Shown: positions 32,685 through 42,604, counted from the stretch's first letter. The stretch is 59,686 bases of DNA from Candidatus Nealsonbacteria bacterium (GCA_030616085.1 JAUWYA010000001.1:74692-134377); one strand, 5' to 3'. Notes: generated by a model not told the origin, from the sequence alone. Numbers and translations: made by a program.

Positions 32685-34081
32685 AATTCTTAATACCCAT
32701 TATTTTAGGTCTGACAATTATTGGTTTTTTTGACAAAACCTTAGCCATAGGCTTTATATTTATTGGTTTTCTGTGTCTAATTACCTTTTTAGTATTTTCT
32801 AAGACCAGAATAAAAGGCAAAGCATTGGTTTTACTTATTTTAATTACCCTTTTGATTCATATTGGAGCGGTCTTATTTGTCCATTATGCTAATTTTCAGC
32901 CCTTTAGCGGCGGATCCGGCGATTATACTGTTTATCAGGAGCGAGCCCAAGAAGTAGCCCAGAGAGTTCGTCAAGGAAATTTTTCTTTAGAAGGAGTGAC
33001 AGGTCATCGTTATCCGGTGATTATAGGATATATATATGTCCTTACAACACCGGAAATGCTTATTGGTCAGTTATTTAGCGCTTGGTTAGCAGTTATTTCT
33101 GTTCTTTTAACTTATTTAATAGTTCTTGAAATCAACGGTTCAAAAAAACAGGCCTTTTTAATTGGTTTAATTGTTTGTCTTTATCCAAGTTATCTTTTTT
33201 ATGGAAGTTTATTACTTAAAGATACTTTAGTTATCCCTTTGACTTTATTTGGACTTTTATTAACCTTAAAACTAATTAAGAATTTTTCCTGGAGAAATTT
33301 TCTATTTTTTTGTATTATTTTAGGAGCTGTAACCCATTTTCGCTTTTATATCGGTTACGCGCTTTTATTCACTTTTATTCCTTGCTGGCTCCTGGTTTCT
33401 AAATTAAATTTAAAGAAAAAATTTATCTATGGAATAATAATTATCATTGTTTTAGGGTTTGTACCTCAATTTTTAGGTCATGGTTATTATGGGTTCAAGA
33501 GCATCAAAGGATTTCTAAATCCAAAGACCATTGTTCATTATCGAGAGATAGTTTATGCTCCTGTGTCTTCTTCAATTGTTGAAGCTCCAGAGATATCAGA
33601 TCCAGAGACATCAGTCCCAGAGACATCAGTCCCAGAGACATCAGGCCTAGAGAGGGTTTTTAAAAAAATAGTTGTAAAAATATTTCCTAATATTGAAAAA
33701 GCGCCAAGCGTGAATAGGTCATCAATAGAAGTAAAAACAGAGATTGAGAAGCCTTCTAATTTTTTAATAAATTACTCAAAATCTTTTATTTATGTATTAT
33801 TAGGACCTCTACCTTGGCACATACAAAATTATCGGCAACTGTTTGTTTTATTGGAAACCATTCCTTGGTATTTTTTACTATTTTTTGTAATAAAAGGAGC
33901 TTTTATAACCTTAAAACAAAAACGTATTGCTTTACCTTTATTGGTTTTTAGTATAATATCATTAGGCGTTCTCGCCCTTTTTATAAGTAATTTTGGAATT
34001 ATTACCAGGATTCGTATGCCTAGTTTTATAGCTCTTTTATGTTTAATCCCACTGGGTTTTAAAAAATTTTTAAAGATATGA
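32681..34081 (+). CDS. polytopic membrane protein (GT-C glycosyltransferase / polymerase-like)
   Basis: At least 10 hydrophobic segments, with a hydrophilic loop carrying a pentapeptide repeat. Start set at the ATG at 32681 (ATGA overlap). The track start at 32672 is a TTG. Confidence 0.55.
   Translation: MKFLIPIILGLTIIGFFDKTLAIGFIFIGFLCLITFLVFSKTRIKGKALVLLILITLLIHIGAVLFVHYANFQPFSGGSGDYTVYQERAQEVAQRVRQGNFSLEGVTGHRYPVIIGYIYVLTTPEMLIGQLFSAWLAVISVLLTYLIVLEINGSKKQAFLIGLIVCLYPSYLFYGSLLLKDTLVIPLTLFGLLLTLKLIKNFSWRNFLFFCIILGAVTHFRFYIGYALLFTFIPCWLLVSKLNLKKKFIYGIIIIIVLGFVPQFLGHGYYGFKSIKGFLNPKTIVHYREIVYAPVSSSIVEAPEISDPETSVPETSVPETSGLERVFKKIVVKIFPNIEKAPSVNRSSIEVKTEIEKPSNFLINYSKSFIYVLLGPLPWHIQNYRQLFVLLETIPWYFLLFFVIKGAFITLKQKRIALPLLVFSIISLGVLALFISNFGIITRIRMPSFIALLCLIPLGFKKFLKI
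33587..33655 (+). repeat. 15-bp tandem repeat, 4 copies plus a partial one, in-frame
   Basis: CCAGAGATATCAGAT / CCAGAGACATCAGTC / CCAGAGACATCAGTC / CCAGAGACATCAGGC / CTAGAGAGG encodes PEISD-PETSV-PETSV-PETSG-LER. Confidence 0.9.
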
Positions 34082-34896
34082 AAATTATTATTAAACCAAA
34101 AAAAGGATTAGCTAATTTAGATTTTAAGGAACTATGGTTATATAGGGAGCTTTTTTACTTTTTTGCCTGGCGGGACATTAAATTGCGCTATAAACAAACT
34201 ATTTTTGGGATTGCCTGGGCAGTGATGAGGCCCTTTATCACTATGGTGGTGTTTACTGTTGTTTTTGGTAAGTTAGCTAATATGCCTTCAGATAATATTC
34301 CTTATCCTATTTTTGTTTATGCCGGGCTTTTACTCTGGAATATTTTTTCAAATTCTCTCAGTGATTCTAGTCAAAGTTTGATGAGGAATATTAATATTAT
34401 TCAAAAAGTTTATGTGCCCAAAATAATTGTACCGACCGCTTCTATTATCGTGAGTTTGGTTGATTTTTTGTTCGCTGCTTTGATTCTTGGAGGAATTCTT
34501 ATTTATTATGATTTTATGCCTCATTTTCAAGGATTACTTCTTTTGCCTCTGCTTTTACCGATAGTTATTTTTGCCAGTTTGGGTTTAGGTTGGTTTTTTG
34601 CTGCTGTTAATGTTAAATATCGCGATGTTCGTTATGCTTTGCCTTTTTTTATTCAATTACTAATATTTGTAACGCCGGTTATTTATCCAGTAAGTATTGT
34701 TCCCCAAAAATATCAATGGATTTTGGCTTTAAATCCAATGACTGGAGTAATAGAGACCTTTAAAGCAGGTTTTTTAGGCACTACTTCAATAAATTGGCTG
34801 ACTTTGGGAATTTCAGCTGTTGTTAGTATTATATTTTTGATTTTTGGTTTATTATATTTTCTTAAAACTGAAAAAACTTTCGCTGACGTAATTTAA
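34078..34896 (+). CDS. wzm: ABC-2 type polysaccharide exporter permease
   Basis: YRELFYFFAWRDIKLRYKQTIFGIAWAVMRP is the typical N-terminal signature of Wzm/TagG/KpsM, with 6 TM segments. Confidence 0.85.
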   Translation: MKIIIKPKKGLANLDFKELWLYRELFYFFAWRDIKLRYKQTIFGIAWAVMRPFITMVVFTVVFGKLANMPSDNIPYPIFVYAGLLLWNIFSNSLSDSSQSLMRNINIIQKVYVPKIIVPTASIIVSLVDFLFAALILGGILIYYDFMPHFQGLLLLPLLLPIVIFASLGLGWFFAAVNVKYRDVRYALPFFIQLLIFVTPVIYPVSIVPQKYQWILALNPMTGVIETFKAGFLGTTSINWLTLGISAVVSIIFLIFGLLYFLKTEKTFADVI

Positions 34897-34898
34897 CG

Positions 34899-36212
34899 AT
34901 GCCAAAATATATGTCAATAATTAAAGTTGAAAATTTATCAAAAAAATATCGGATTTCTCGTCGAAAAAGGAACATAATTTATTCTGCCTCTACTACTATC
35001 CGTGATGAATTAACCGATACTATAAAAAAACCATTCCAATGGTTGTCTGGTCAAAAAACAAGCAAAGAGAATGTCTGGGCTTTAAAAGATATAAATTTTG
35101 AAGTTGAACATGGTGAGATTCTGGGAATCATTGGGTCTAATGGGGCAGGAAAAAGCACTCTTTTGAAAATTTTAACCCGGATTACCCCACCAACTGAGGG
35201 GAAAGCGATTATTAATGGTCAGGTGAGTAGTTTATTAGAAGTAGGAACTGGTTTTCATTCCGAGTTAACCGGCAAGGAAAATATTTATTTTAATGGGGCG
35301 GTTTTAGGAATGAGAAAAAAAGAGATTGAGAGAAAATTTGATGAAATTGTAGAATTTGCTGGAGTCGGGAAATTTTTAAATACTCCAGTTAAACGTTATT
35401 CCAGTGGAATGACTGTAAGATTAGCTTTTTCAGTAGCTGCTCATCTTGAGCCAGATATTTTATTGGTTGATGAGGTTTTATCAATTGGCGATGCTGCTTT
35501 TCAAAAGAAATCTTTTGGCAAAATGGAAGAAGTTACTAAACAAGGTGATAGAACTATTCTTTTTGTCAGTCATAATATGGAAGCAATCCAGGGTTTATGT
35601 AAAAGAACAATATTATTGGATAAAGGAAAAATAATTAAAATTGGTCCAACCGAAGAAATAGTTCGGAGTTATTTAGGTTCCAGCAAGATTTCTCCAGCTG
35701 AGAAAACCTGGGAAAATATTCATCAGGCGCCTGGAGATGATATTATTCGCTTAAAGGCTGTAAGGGTTAAAGATGAGTCAGGTAAGATTTCCGAAAATAT
35801 TGATATTAGAAAACCGGTTTTTATTGAGATAGAATATTGGAATTTAAAACCAGGCCCTCAAAGAGTAACCGGTCTTCATTTTTGTAACGAAAAAGCAGTT
35901 CCTCTCTTTACGTCTTATGATTTGCATAATTTGGACTGGCGCGAAAAAATTCTAAAAACAGGTTTAGTAAAATCAATTTGCAAGATTCCTGGTAATCTTT
36001 TTGCTGAAGGACGTATTTTTGCAAACATTACCGTAAGTACTTACCTTTTTGTTTTGCTTAAGCATGCTAAGGCGCTCAATGCTGTTTCATTTAATGTATT
36101 TGATCCTTTTAGCGGAGACAGCGTGCGTGGAGATTTTAAGGACTCCTGGGCTGGTCTTGTTCGTCCTATGCTTGAATGGGAAAATGTTTTTGAGGAGAAA
36201 GAAATAATATGA
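34899..36212 (+). CDS. wzt: polysaccharide ABC exporter ATP-binding protein with C-terminal extension (Wzt-type)
   Basis: Walker A GSNGAGKST, signature YSSGM, Walker B ILLVDE, plus about 190 extra C-terminal residues, as in Wzt proteins with a glycan-cap-binding domain. Confidence 0.85.
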   Translation: MPKYMSIIKVENLSKKYRISRRKRNIIYSASTTIRDELTDTIKKPFQWLSGQKTSKENVWALKDINFEVEHGEILGIIGSNGAGKSTLLKILTRITPPTEGKAIINGQVSSLLEVGTGFHSELTGKENIYFNGAVLGMRKKEIERKFDEIVEFAGVGKFLNTPVKRYSSGMTVRLAFSVAAHLEPDILLVDEVLSIGDAAFQKKSFGKMEEVTKQGDRTILFVSHNMEAIQGLCKRTILLDKGKIIKIGPTEEIVRSYLGSSKISPAEKTWENIHQAPGDDIIRLKAVRVKDESGKISENIDIRKPVFIEIEYWNLKPGPQRVTGLHFCNEKAVPLFTSYDLHNLDWREKILKTGLVKSICKIPGNLFAEGRIFANITVSTYLFVLLKHAKALNAVSFNVFDPFSGDSVRGDFKDSWAGLVRPMLEWENVFEEKEII

Positions 36213-37033
36213 CTTTAAAAAAATTAAAATTCGGCGTAATTGGCGTAGGAATGGTGGGTGGAGCTTTGAAAAGCTATTTTGAAAAGCAAGATATTAAACC
36301 ATTTTTATACGATAAAGGTAAAAATCTCGGTTCTGTTGAACAAGCAAATCAGGCTGACATTATTTTTATTTGTGTTCCAACTCCATTTTCTCAAGAAAAG
36401 GGTTTTGATTTATCTTTTGTTGAACAGGCCTGCGAAAATATTTCTTCACAAAAAATTATAGTGATTAAGTCAACTGTTTTGCCTGGCACCACAGAGAAAC
36501 TTCAACAAAAATATCCTCAGCATAAATTTCTATTTAATCCTGAGTTTTTAACTGAACTTACTGCTGATCAAGATATGCAGTACCCAGATAGACAGATTAT
36601 TGGCTATACAAAACAAAGCTATAATATAGCAGGAGATGTTTTGCAGATTTTGCCTTTAGCGCCTTTTGAGAAAATAATGCCGGTTACTGAAGCTGAAATG
36701 GTTAAATATTTTGGCAATACTTGGTTTGCAGCTAAAGTTATTTTCGCAAATCAGATGCACGATCTGTGCAAAAAAATCGGAATTGATTATGAAAGAGTGA
36801 TGGAGGCAGTTGCTGTTGATAAAAGGATTGGGAGAACGCATCTTGAGGTTTTTCATAAAAATTATCGTGGATATGGAGGAAAATGCTTAGTAAAAGATAT
36901 TAGAGCTTTGATTCAGTTTGCTAATGACCAGGGCATTGATTTAAAACTTCACAAAATAGTTGAGGAAATTAATAATAAATTAATGCAAGAGCAGGGGATA
37001 GATGACCCAGAAAAATTCTCAAAAAGAAATTAA
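36209..37033 (+). CDS. short UDP-glucose/GDP-mannose dehydrogenase family protein (NAD-binding + central domain only)
   Basis: FGVIGVGMVGGAL Rossmann motif and GYGGKCLVKD (catalytic Cys motif). It ends at 274 aa with no C-terminal sugar-nucleotide-binding domain. Confidence 0.65.
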   Translation: MTLKKLKFGVIGVGMVGGALKSYFEKQDIKPFLYDKGKNLGSVEQANQADIIFICVPTPFSQEKGFDLSFVEQACENISSQKIIVIKSTVLPGTTEKLQQKYPQHKFLFNPEFLTELTADQDMQYPDRQIIGYTKQSYNIAGDVLQILPLAPFEKIMPVTEAEMVKYFGNTWFAAKVIFANQMHDLCKKIGIDYERVMEAVAVDKRIGRTHLEVFHKNYRGYGGKCLVKDIRALIQFANDQGIDLKLHKIVEEINNKLMQEQGIDDPEKFSKRN

Positions 37034-37035
37034 TT

Positions 37036-38109
37036 ATGAAATTAGCTTTGTTTTTTGTCAAAGGAGTTTCTCTAAAGGTTTATGGAAAAATCGGGACCTT
37101 AGATAGAGAAATTAAACCCTATCAAGAGTTAGCAAAATATTTTGATGAAATACTTTTTTTAACTTATGATAGAAAAGAGCTTGCTCTTGAAAATATAAAA
37201 GTTTTAGATAATAAATGGAATGTACCAAGTTTAATTTACAGTTTTTTACTCCCATTTTTATATTGGAAAGAGTTAAAACAAGTAGATGTTTTAAAAACCG
37301 ATCAGATGTTTGGTTCTTGGACAGCAATAATAGCAAAATTCTTTTTTCAAAAAAAATTAGTAATTCGCTGTGGTTATCAATTATCATTTCTTGTCCCAAA
37401 AAAAGGTATCAAACGATGGAAACTATTAATAATTCAACTTTTAGAAAGGTTTGTTTATAGAAACGCCGATGCGATTATCGTTGCTTCAAAAAAAGATAAA
37501 AAATACATAGAAGAAAAATATAATATTTTACCCAAAAAGATAAAATATATCCCAAATTATATTGATACAGGACTGTTTAGGCCTTTAGATATTGGCAAAG
37601 AGAATAGAATTTGTTTTGTTGGGAGATTAGAAGAAGAAAAAAACCTTTTTAATTTAATTAAAGCAGTTTCAGGTTTAGGAGAAAAGTTAGTTATTTTTGG
37701 AAGTGGCTCTCTTGGACCCAAATTAAGAAGATTAGCTGGTTCAAATGTTGAATTTAAAGGGAATATTTCTAATAAAGATTTACCCATGGAGCTGAATAAA
37801 AGTAAGTTATTTATTTTGCCCTCATTGTATGAAGGCTGTCCAAAAGTTTTACTAGAAGCAATGGCCTGTGAGATGCCAGTAATTGGAACAAATACTTATG
37901 GCATAAATGAAATAATAAAAGATAAAGGAAACGGCTATCTATGCGGAACAGACGTTCTTTCAATAAGGAAGGCAATAATAGAAGTTTTGAGTAATAAAGG
38001 TCTTCAGAAAAAACTTTCTAAAAATGCCCGAAAAACAATTTTACAAAACTTTAGCTTAGAAAAAATTTTGGAAAAAGAAAAGAATATTTATGATAATTTA
38101 TATAACTAA
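37036..38109 (+). CDS. GT4-family glycosyltransferase
   Basis: EGCPKVLLEAMACEMPVIGT. Confidence 0.8.
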   Translation: MKLALFFVKGVSLKVYGKIGTLDREIKPYQELAKYFDEILFLTYDRKELALENIKVLDNKWNVPSLIYSFLLPFLYWKELKQVDVLKTDQMFGSWTAIIAKFFFQKKLVIRCGYQLSFLVPKKGIKRWKLLIIQLLERFVYRNADAIIVASKKDKKYIEEKYNILPKKIKYIPNYIDTGLFRPLDIGKENRICFVGRLEEEKNLFNLIKAVSGLGEKLVIFGSGSLGPKLRRLAGSNVEFKGNISNKDLPMELNKSKLFILPSLYEGCPKVLLEAMACEMPVIGTNTYGINEIIKDKGNGYLCGTDVLSIRKAIIEVLSNKGLQKKLSKNARKTILQNFSLEKILEKEKNIYDNLYN

Positions 38110-38710
38110 ATTAATACTAAGATTGCATAATTTTTGCTCTAGATTAATCAGTTTCTTTTCCGTAAAAACTGAAAGGGGACTGCATCCAAAACATCGGTTG
38201 ATGAATTATCATAAATTCTTTATAGATAATATTAATCCAGAAGATACAGTTTTAGATATTGGATGTGGAAATGGCGCTTTAACTTTTGACATTGCTAAAA
38301 AAGCTACAAAAGTTATTGGCATTGATTTAAATGGAAAAAACATAGAATTTGCTAAAGAAAGATTTTCTGCCCCTAATGTTGAGTATATTATTGGTGATGT
38401 CACAGAAAACCTACCAGATAAAAGATTTGACGCAATAATTCTCTCAAATGTTTTGGAACATATTGAGAATAGAATAGAGCTCTTGAAAAAAATAAGGAGC
38501 TTAGCTCCTAAGATTTTAATTAGGGTTCCAATGTTCAATAGGGACTGGATGGTTTTATACAAAAAGGAACTGGGAGTTGAGTGGCGATCAGATAAAACAC
38601 ATTATACAGAATATACTTTAGAAAGCTTTAAACATGAATTAAATCAAGCAAGTTTAAATTTAAGTAATTATTCAATTCAATTTGGCGAAATATGGGCAAA
38701 AGTAAGATAA
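38090..38710 (+). CDS. class I SAM-dependent methyltransferase
   Basis: VLDIGCGNGALT motif I, FDAIILSNVLEH. The start is uncertain (38090, or the ATG at 38204). Confidence 0.75.
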   Translation: MIIYITKLILRLHNFCSRLISFFSVKTERGLHPKHRLMNYHKFFIDNINPEDTVLDIGCGNGALTFDIAKKATKVIGIDLNGKNIEFAKERFSAPNVEYIIGDVTENLPDKRFDAIILSNVLEHIENRIELLKKIRSLAPKILIRVPMFNRDWMVLYKKELGVEWRSDKTHYTEYTLESFKHELNQASLNLSNYSIQFGEIWAKVR

Positions 38711-39729
38711 AAATTTTTGTATTTGGAAAAGATAATGTTGGATGGGCAATAGATAAATTAAGAGATAATTCAATCTATTTTTTAAGAGAAAATAAATTTG
38801 AAATTACAAGAAACATTTTTAAAGCTGACTATGTTTTTTGTGTATGGCATAGTTTATTGTTACTTCATCGGAATCTTTGGATTCAGTTATTAAGAAAAAT
38901 TTTCTCATTTAAGATTGTTGCGATAATTACCGATAACATTATTGTTTATTCTGGGAAATTAAATAAAATAAGAAAATATGCAGATGCTTTTATTGTTCCA
39001 TCCGCAGAATTATATAGTTTTTTAACAAAAGAAAAAATACAAGTTTATAAAATTCCTTCTTTTGTTAACCCAAAAGTTTTTAAACTTTTAAATTTTTCTA
39101 AGAAAGAAATTTGTGAGAAATTAAACATAGATCGGCAAATATTAAAAGATAAAATTATTATTTCTTCTTTTCAAAGAGATTCTTTTGGTATGGACTTATC
39201 TAAACCTAAATGGGAAAAAAATCCTGATTTGTTAATCCAAATCTTAAAAGAACTGCCAAGGGAAAAATTTGTTTTTTTGTTAGCAGGACCCAGAAGACAT
39301 TATATCATTAATCAATGTTTAGAAAAAAACATACCTTATTTGTTTTATGGAGATAATTCTTGTATTCAAAAAAAACAAGACGATATATTAATAAATAATA
39401 TTTCTTTAGAAACAATAAACTATTTATATAATTTAACTGATATTTACGTTATAACTTCAAAAAGTGAAGGAAATCCTTTGCAGATTTCAGAAAGCTCTTT
39501 AACAAGAACTTTAATTTTTTCAACAAAGGTTGGATTAGCGCCAGATTTTTTAGATCCTTATTTAATTTTTGTTAATAGAAAACAGGTTTGTGATAAAATT
39601 AAGAGATATATTAGTGATCCTGATTTTTTTGATGAGTTTATACAAAAGAATTATCAAAGAGTAAAAAAAGAAATGAATGAGCAAGTTGTTAAGCAAAGAT
39701 ATAAAGTAGCTATTTTAGAAACAAGTTAA
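38692..39729 (+). CDS. GT-B fold glycosyltransferase-like protein (divergent)
   Basis: TSKSEGNPLQISESSLTRTLIFS resembles a degenerate E-x7-E region. Supported by position in the GT block. Confidence 0.5.
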   Translation: MGKSKIKIFVFGKDNVGWAIDKLRDNSIYFLRENKFEITRNIFKADYVFCVWHSLLLLHRNLWIQLLRKIFSFKIVAIITDNIIVYSGKLNKIRKYADAFIVPSAELYSFLTKEKIQVYKIPSFVNPKVFKLLNFSKKEICEKLNIDRQILKDKIIISSFQRDSFGMDLSKPKWEKNPDLLIQILKELPREKFVFLLAGPRRHYIINQCLEKNIPYLFYGDNSCIQKKQDDILINNISLETINYLYNLTDIYVITSKSEGNPLQISESSLTRTLIFSTKVGLAPDFLDPYLIFVNRKQVCDKIKRYISDPDFFDEFIQKNYQRVKKEMNEQVVKQRYKVAILETS

Positions 39730-39734
39730 TTAGT

Positions 39735-40763
39735 ATGAAAATTCATATCCTATATAACTTTCAAAAAAGTCCCTGGGGAGGTGGAAATCAGTTTTTGGAA
39801 GCCCTAAGAAAAGAATTTGAGAAGCAAGATGTTTATGAACAAAATTCAGAAAAAGCAGATGTAATTTTATTTAACAGCCATCATAATTTTAATAAGGTTT
39901 TTAATTTTAAAAAAAGATTTAAAAATAAGATATTTATCCATAGAATAGACGGCCCAGTTTATTTAATAAGAGGAACAAATAAGGACTTGGATAAAATAAT
40001 TTATAAATTTAATGAGTTAATTGCTGATGGTATAGTTTTTCAATCAAATTGGTCAAAAACTCAAAACAACAAATCTTTTAAAATTTTATGTAAATATCAG
40101 ACAATTATTCATAATGCTTCAGATAAAAAGATTTTTAATAAAGATAATAAAAAAACATTTAATCCGGATAAAATTAAGCTTATTGTTAATTCCTGGTCTT
40201 CTAATTTGCGAAAAGGGTTTGATATCTATAAATTTTTAGATGAAAATTTAGATTTTTCAAAATATGAAATGTGCTTTATTGGTAATTCTCCAGTTGAATT
40301 TAAAAACATAAAATATATAAAGCCGGTTTGTTCAGAAGAATTAGCTAAGTTCTTAAAAGAACATGATGTTTATATTACTGCCAGTCAGAATGATCCTTGT
40401 TCTAATTCTTTGATTGAAGCATTGTCTTGTGGATTACCTGCAGTAGCGAGAAACAATGGAGGGCATCCAGAATTGGTCAAGAATGGGGGAGAATTGTTTG
40501 AGGGAAAACAGGATATAATTGAAAAAATTGAAAAAGTAGCAAAAAATTATTCTTATTATCAATCACAAATTCCAGAATTTTCAATTAAAAAAATTGCCCA
40601 ATTTTACTATAAATTTGCTGAAAGGATTTATGACGATGTTCAAAATAAACAATATAAATCAAAACAAGTTAGTTTTTCAACAGAAATCAATTTTTGCAAA
40701 ATGAAATATATGATTTTAAAGTGGAGGGTTTTTAATAAAATAAAAAAGGTATGCAGAATATAA
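39735..40763 (+). CDS. GT4-like glycosyltransferase
   Basis: DPCSNSLIEALSCGLPAVARNNGGHPELV. Confidence 0.7.
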   Translation: MKIHILYNFQKSPWGGGNQFLEALRKEFEKQDVYEQNSEKADVILFNSHHNFNKVFNFKKRFKNKIFIHRIDGPVYLIRGTNKDLDKIIYKFNELIADGIVFQSNWSKTQNNKSFKILCKYQTIIHNASDKKIFNKDNKKTFNPDKIKLIVNSWSSNLRKGFDIYKFLDENLDFSKYEMCFIGNSPVEFKNIKYIKPVCSEELAKFLKEHDVYITASQNDPCSNSLIEALSCGLPAVARNNGGHPELVKNGGELFEGKQDIIEKIEKVAKNYSYYQSQIPEFSIKKIAQFYYKFAERIYDDVQNKQYKSKQVSFSTEINFCKMKYMILKWRVFNKIKKVCRI

Positions 40764-41956
40764 ACCGGTTTTCCTATTACTATATTGCTTATAGCTTTAT
40801 AGAGGAAGAGAATTCAGCAAATCAGATTCAGAGTAAAAATACTTTTGAGAATCTAAAAAAAATAAACCCTTCTTTCAAGGGGATATTTCTGGGAAATCAA
40901 AAACGTTTATTTTGGAATATAAGACAGGAAGGAGATAAGTATTTTATAGATATGGTTGGTTATAAAACAGGAATTATCGAAAAATATCTTAAAATAGGAA
41001 TATTAGGAAAAAATTTGTTCCCACATATATTTGCTTGGAAGACCAGTAGGATATTAAAAAAAGATAGAAATATAAAAAATATTTATACAAGGTTAGCTAG
41101 CGCAGAAGAAGGGATTTTTTATTTAAAAAGGTTAAACGAATTAAATATAAATATGGTTACATTTGAATTTCATAATTTAACTTTTAAGCTTCCTAATTTT
41201 TATTATTGGAATTTTGAAAAGAAATATTGTTATAAAAAACATGTTCAATTTTTTAGCTTATTAAAGAATAATTCTCCAAGGGCAAAATTGGTTACTTTGA
41301 CTAAAAGTTTAGCAGATATTATAAGAGATAAATTTGATTATAAAGAAAATATTGAGATTATTCCTGACGCGCATAATTTTATAAAAGATAAGCCTAAAGA
41401 TATTAATTTTTACAAAGAGAAAATAGAAATTATTTATACTGGTTTAACTTTTCGTAATAGAGGAGTAAAGATTATTATTAAAGCATTAGAATTTTTGCCA
41501 GATAATTTTTATCTTAGATTAGTAGGCGGAAGAAAACATGAAAGAGAGAATTTAAGAAAAAAATATTCTTTTTTTATTAAACAGCAAAAGTTAATTTTGG
41601 AAGAACCTATTTCTTATTCTGAAGTTAAAGAAAAACTCATAAATGCAGATATTGCTATTCTTCCTACTCTTTTATCAGGGTTTGCCAATTTTACTTCTCC
41701 TTTAAAGTTATTTGATTATATGGCAATGGGAATACCTATTATTGCGAGCAATACCCAAAGCTTTAAAGAGATTCTGAATCGTGAAAATGCTTTGTTTTTT
41801 GAAGAAAATAATAGTAAAAATTTAGCTGAAAAAATTAATTATCTGGCAAAAAACAAAAAATTAGCAGATAGAATCAGCAAGAAAGCTTTTGAAGATTCAA
41901 AAAGATATACTTATCAAAAAAGAGCAGAAAGAATATTAAAATTATTAAAAAAATAA
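40751..41956 (+). CDS. GT4-like glycosyltransferase
   Basis: SPLKLFDYMAMGIPIIASNTQSFKEIL. Confidence 0.7.
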   Translation: MQNINRFSYYYIAYSFIEEENSANQIQSKNTFENLKKINPSFKGIFLGNQKRLFWNIRQEGDKYFIDMVGYKTGIIEKYLKIGILGKNLFPHIFAWKTSRILKKDRNIKNIYTRLASAEEGIFYLKRLNELNINMVTFEFHNLTFKLPNFYYWNFEKKYCYKKHVQFFSLLKNNSPRAKLVTLTKSLADIIRDKFDYKENIEIIPDAHNFIKDKPKDINFYKEKIEIIYTGLTFRNRGVKIIIKALEFLPDNFYLRLVGGRKHERENLRKKYSFFIKQQKLILEEPISYSEVKEKLINADIAILPTLLSGFANFTSPLKLFDYMAMGIPIIASNTQSFKEILNRENALFFEENNSKNLAEKINYLAKNKKLADRISKKAFEDSKRYTYQKRAERILKLLKK

Positions 41957-42604
41957 ATGGGATTAGGGCTTACTTCAAAAATTACTCGTAAAGAATTGAA
42001 AAAATTTTTAGAGAGGCATCAAGATAATGGTTTAACTCTTGACCTTGGTTGTGGAAGGTCTGTTTATCGTAATTATTTTCCAAACCGAATTGGTTTTGAT
42101 ATTGAAACAAGACCAGGAGTAGATATTGTTGGTGATGCTCACCATTTATCTTTTGAAGACGAAAAATTTGATAATATTCTGTGCACTGAAGTTTTAGAAC
42201 ACTTGCATTCTCCTCACATTGCTATTTTTGAAATGAAACGAGTTTTAAAAAAAGGAGGGAAATTAATTTTAACTACCCGTTTTATTTTTCCTCTTCACGA
42301 TGTGCCGGAAGATTATTATCGTTATACCAGGTATGGCTTGAAATACCTTTTTAGAGATTGGGAGATTATAGAATTAAAAGAAGAAGTGAAAACAATTGCT
42401 ACACTTGCAGTATTATTTCAACGTATTGGCTACCAATGCGAGATTTTAAGATTTCGTCCTTTTAAATATACGTTTTTTGTTCTGGCTAAAATATTAAAAT
42501 TTTGTGATTTTTTAATTACCAAAGAGTATGGCGATAAGAAAAATATGGTATTAGAAAATAATATTTTGACTAGTGGTTATTATTTAGTTTGTAGAAAAAA
42601 ATGA
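41957..42604 (+). CDS. class I SAM-dependent methyltransferase (Methyltransf_11-like)
   Basis: LDLGCGRSVY, FDNILCTEVLEHL, GGKLILTT. Confidence 0.75.
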   Translation: MGLGLTSKITRKELKKFLERHQDNGLTLDLGCGRSVYRNYFPNRIGFDIETRPGVDIVGDAHHLSFEDEKFDNILCTEVLEHLHSPHIAIFEMKRVLKKGGKLILTTRFIFPLHDVPEDYYRYTRYGLKYLFRDWEIIELKEEVKTIATLAVLFQRIGYQCEILRFRPFKYTFFVLAKILKFCDFLITKEYGDKKNMVLENNILTSGYYLVCRKK

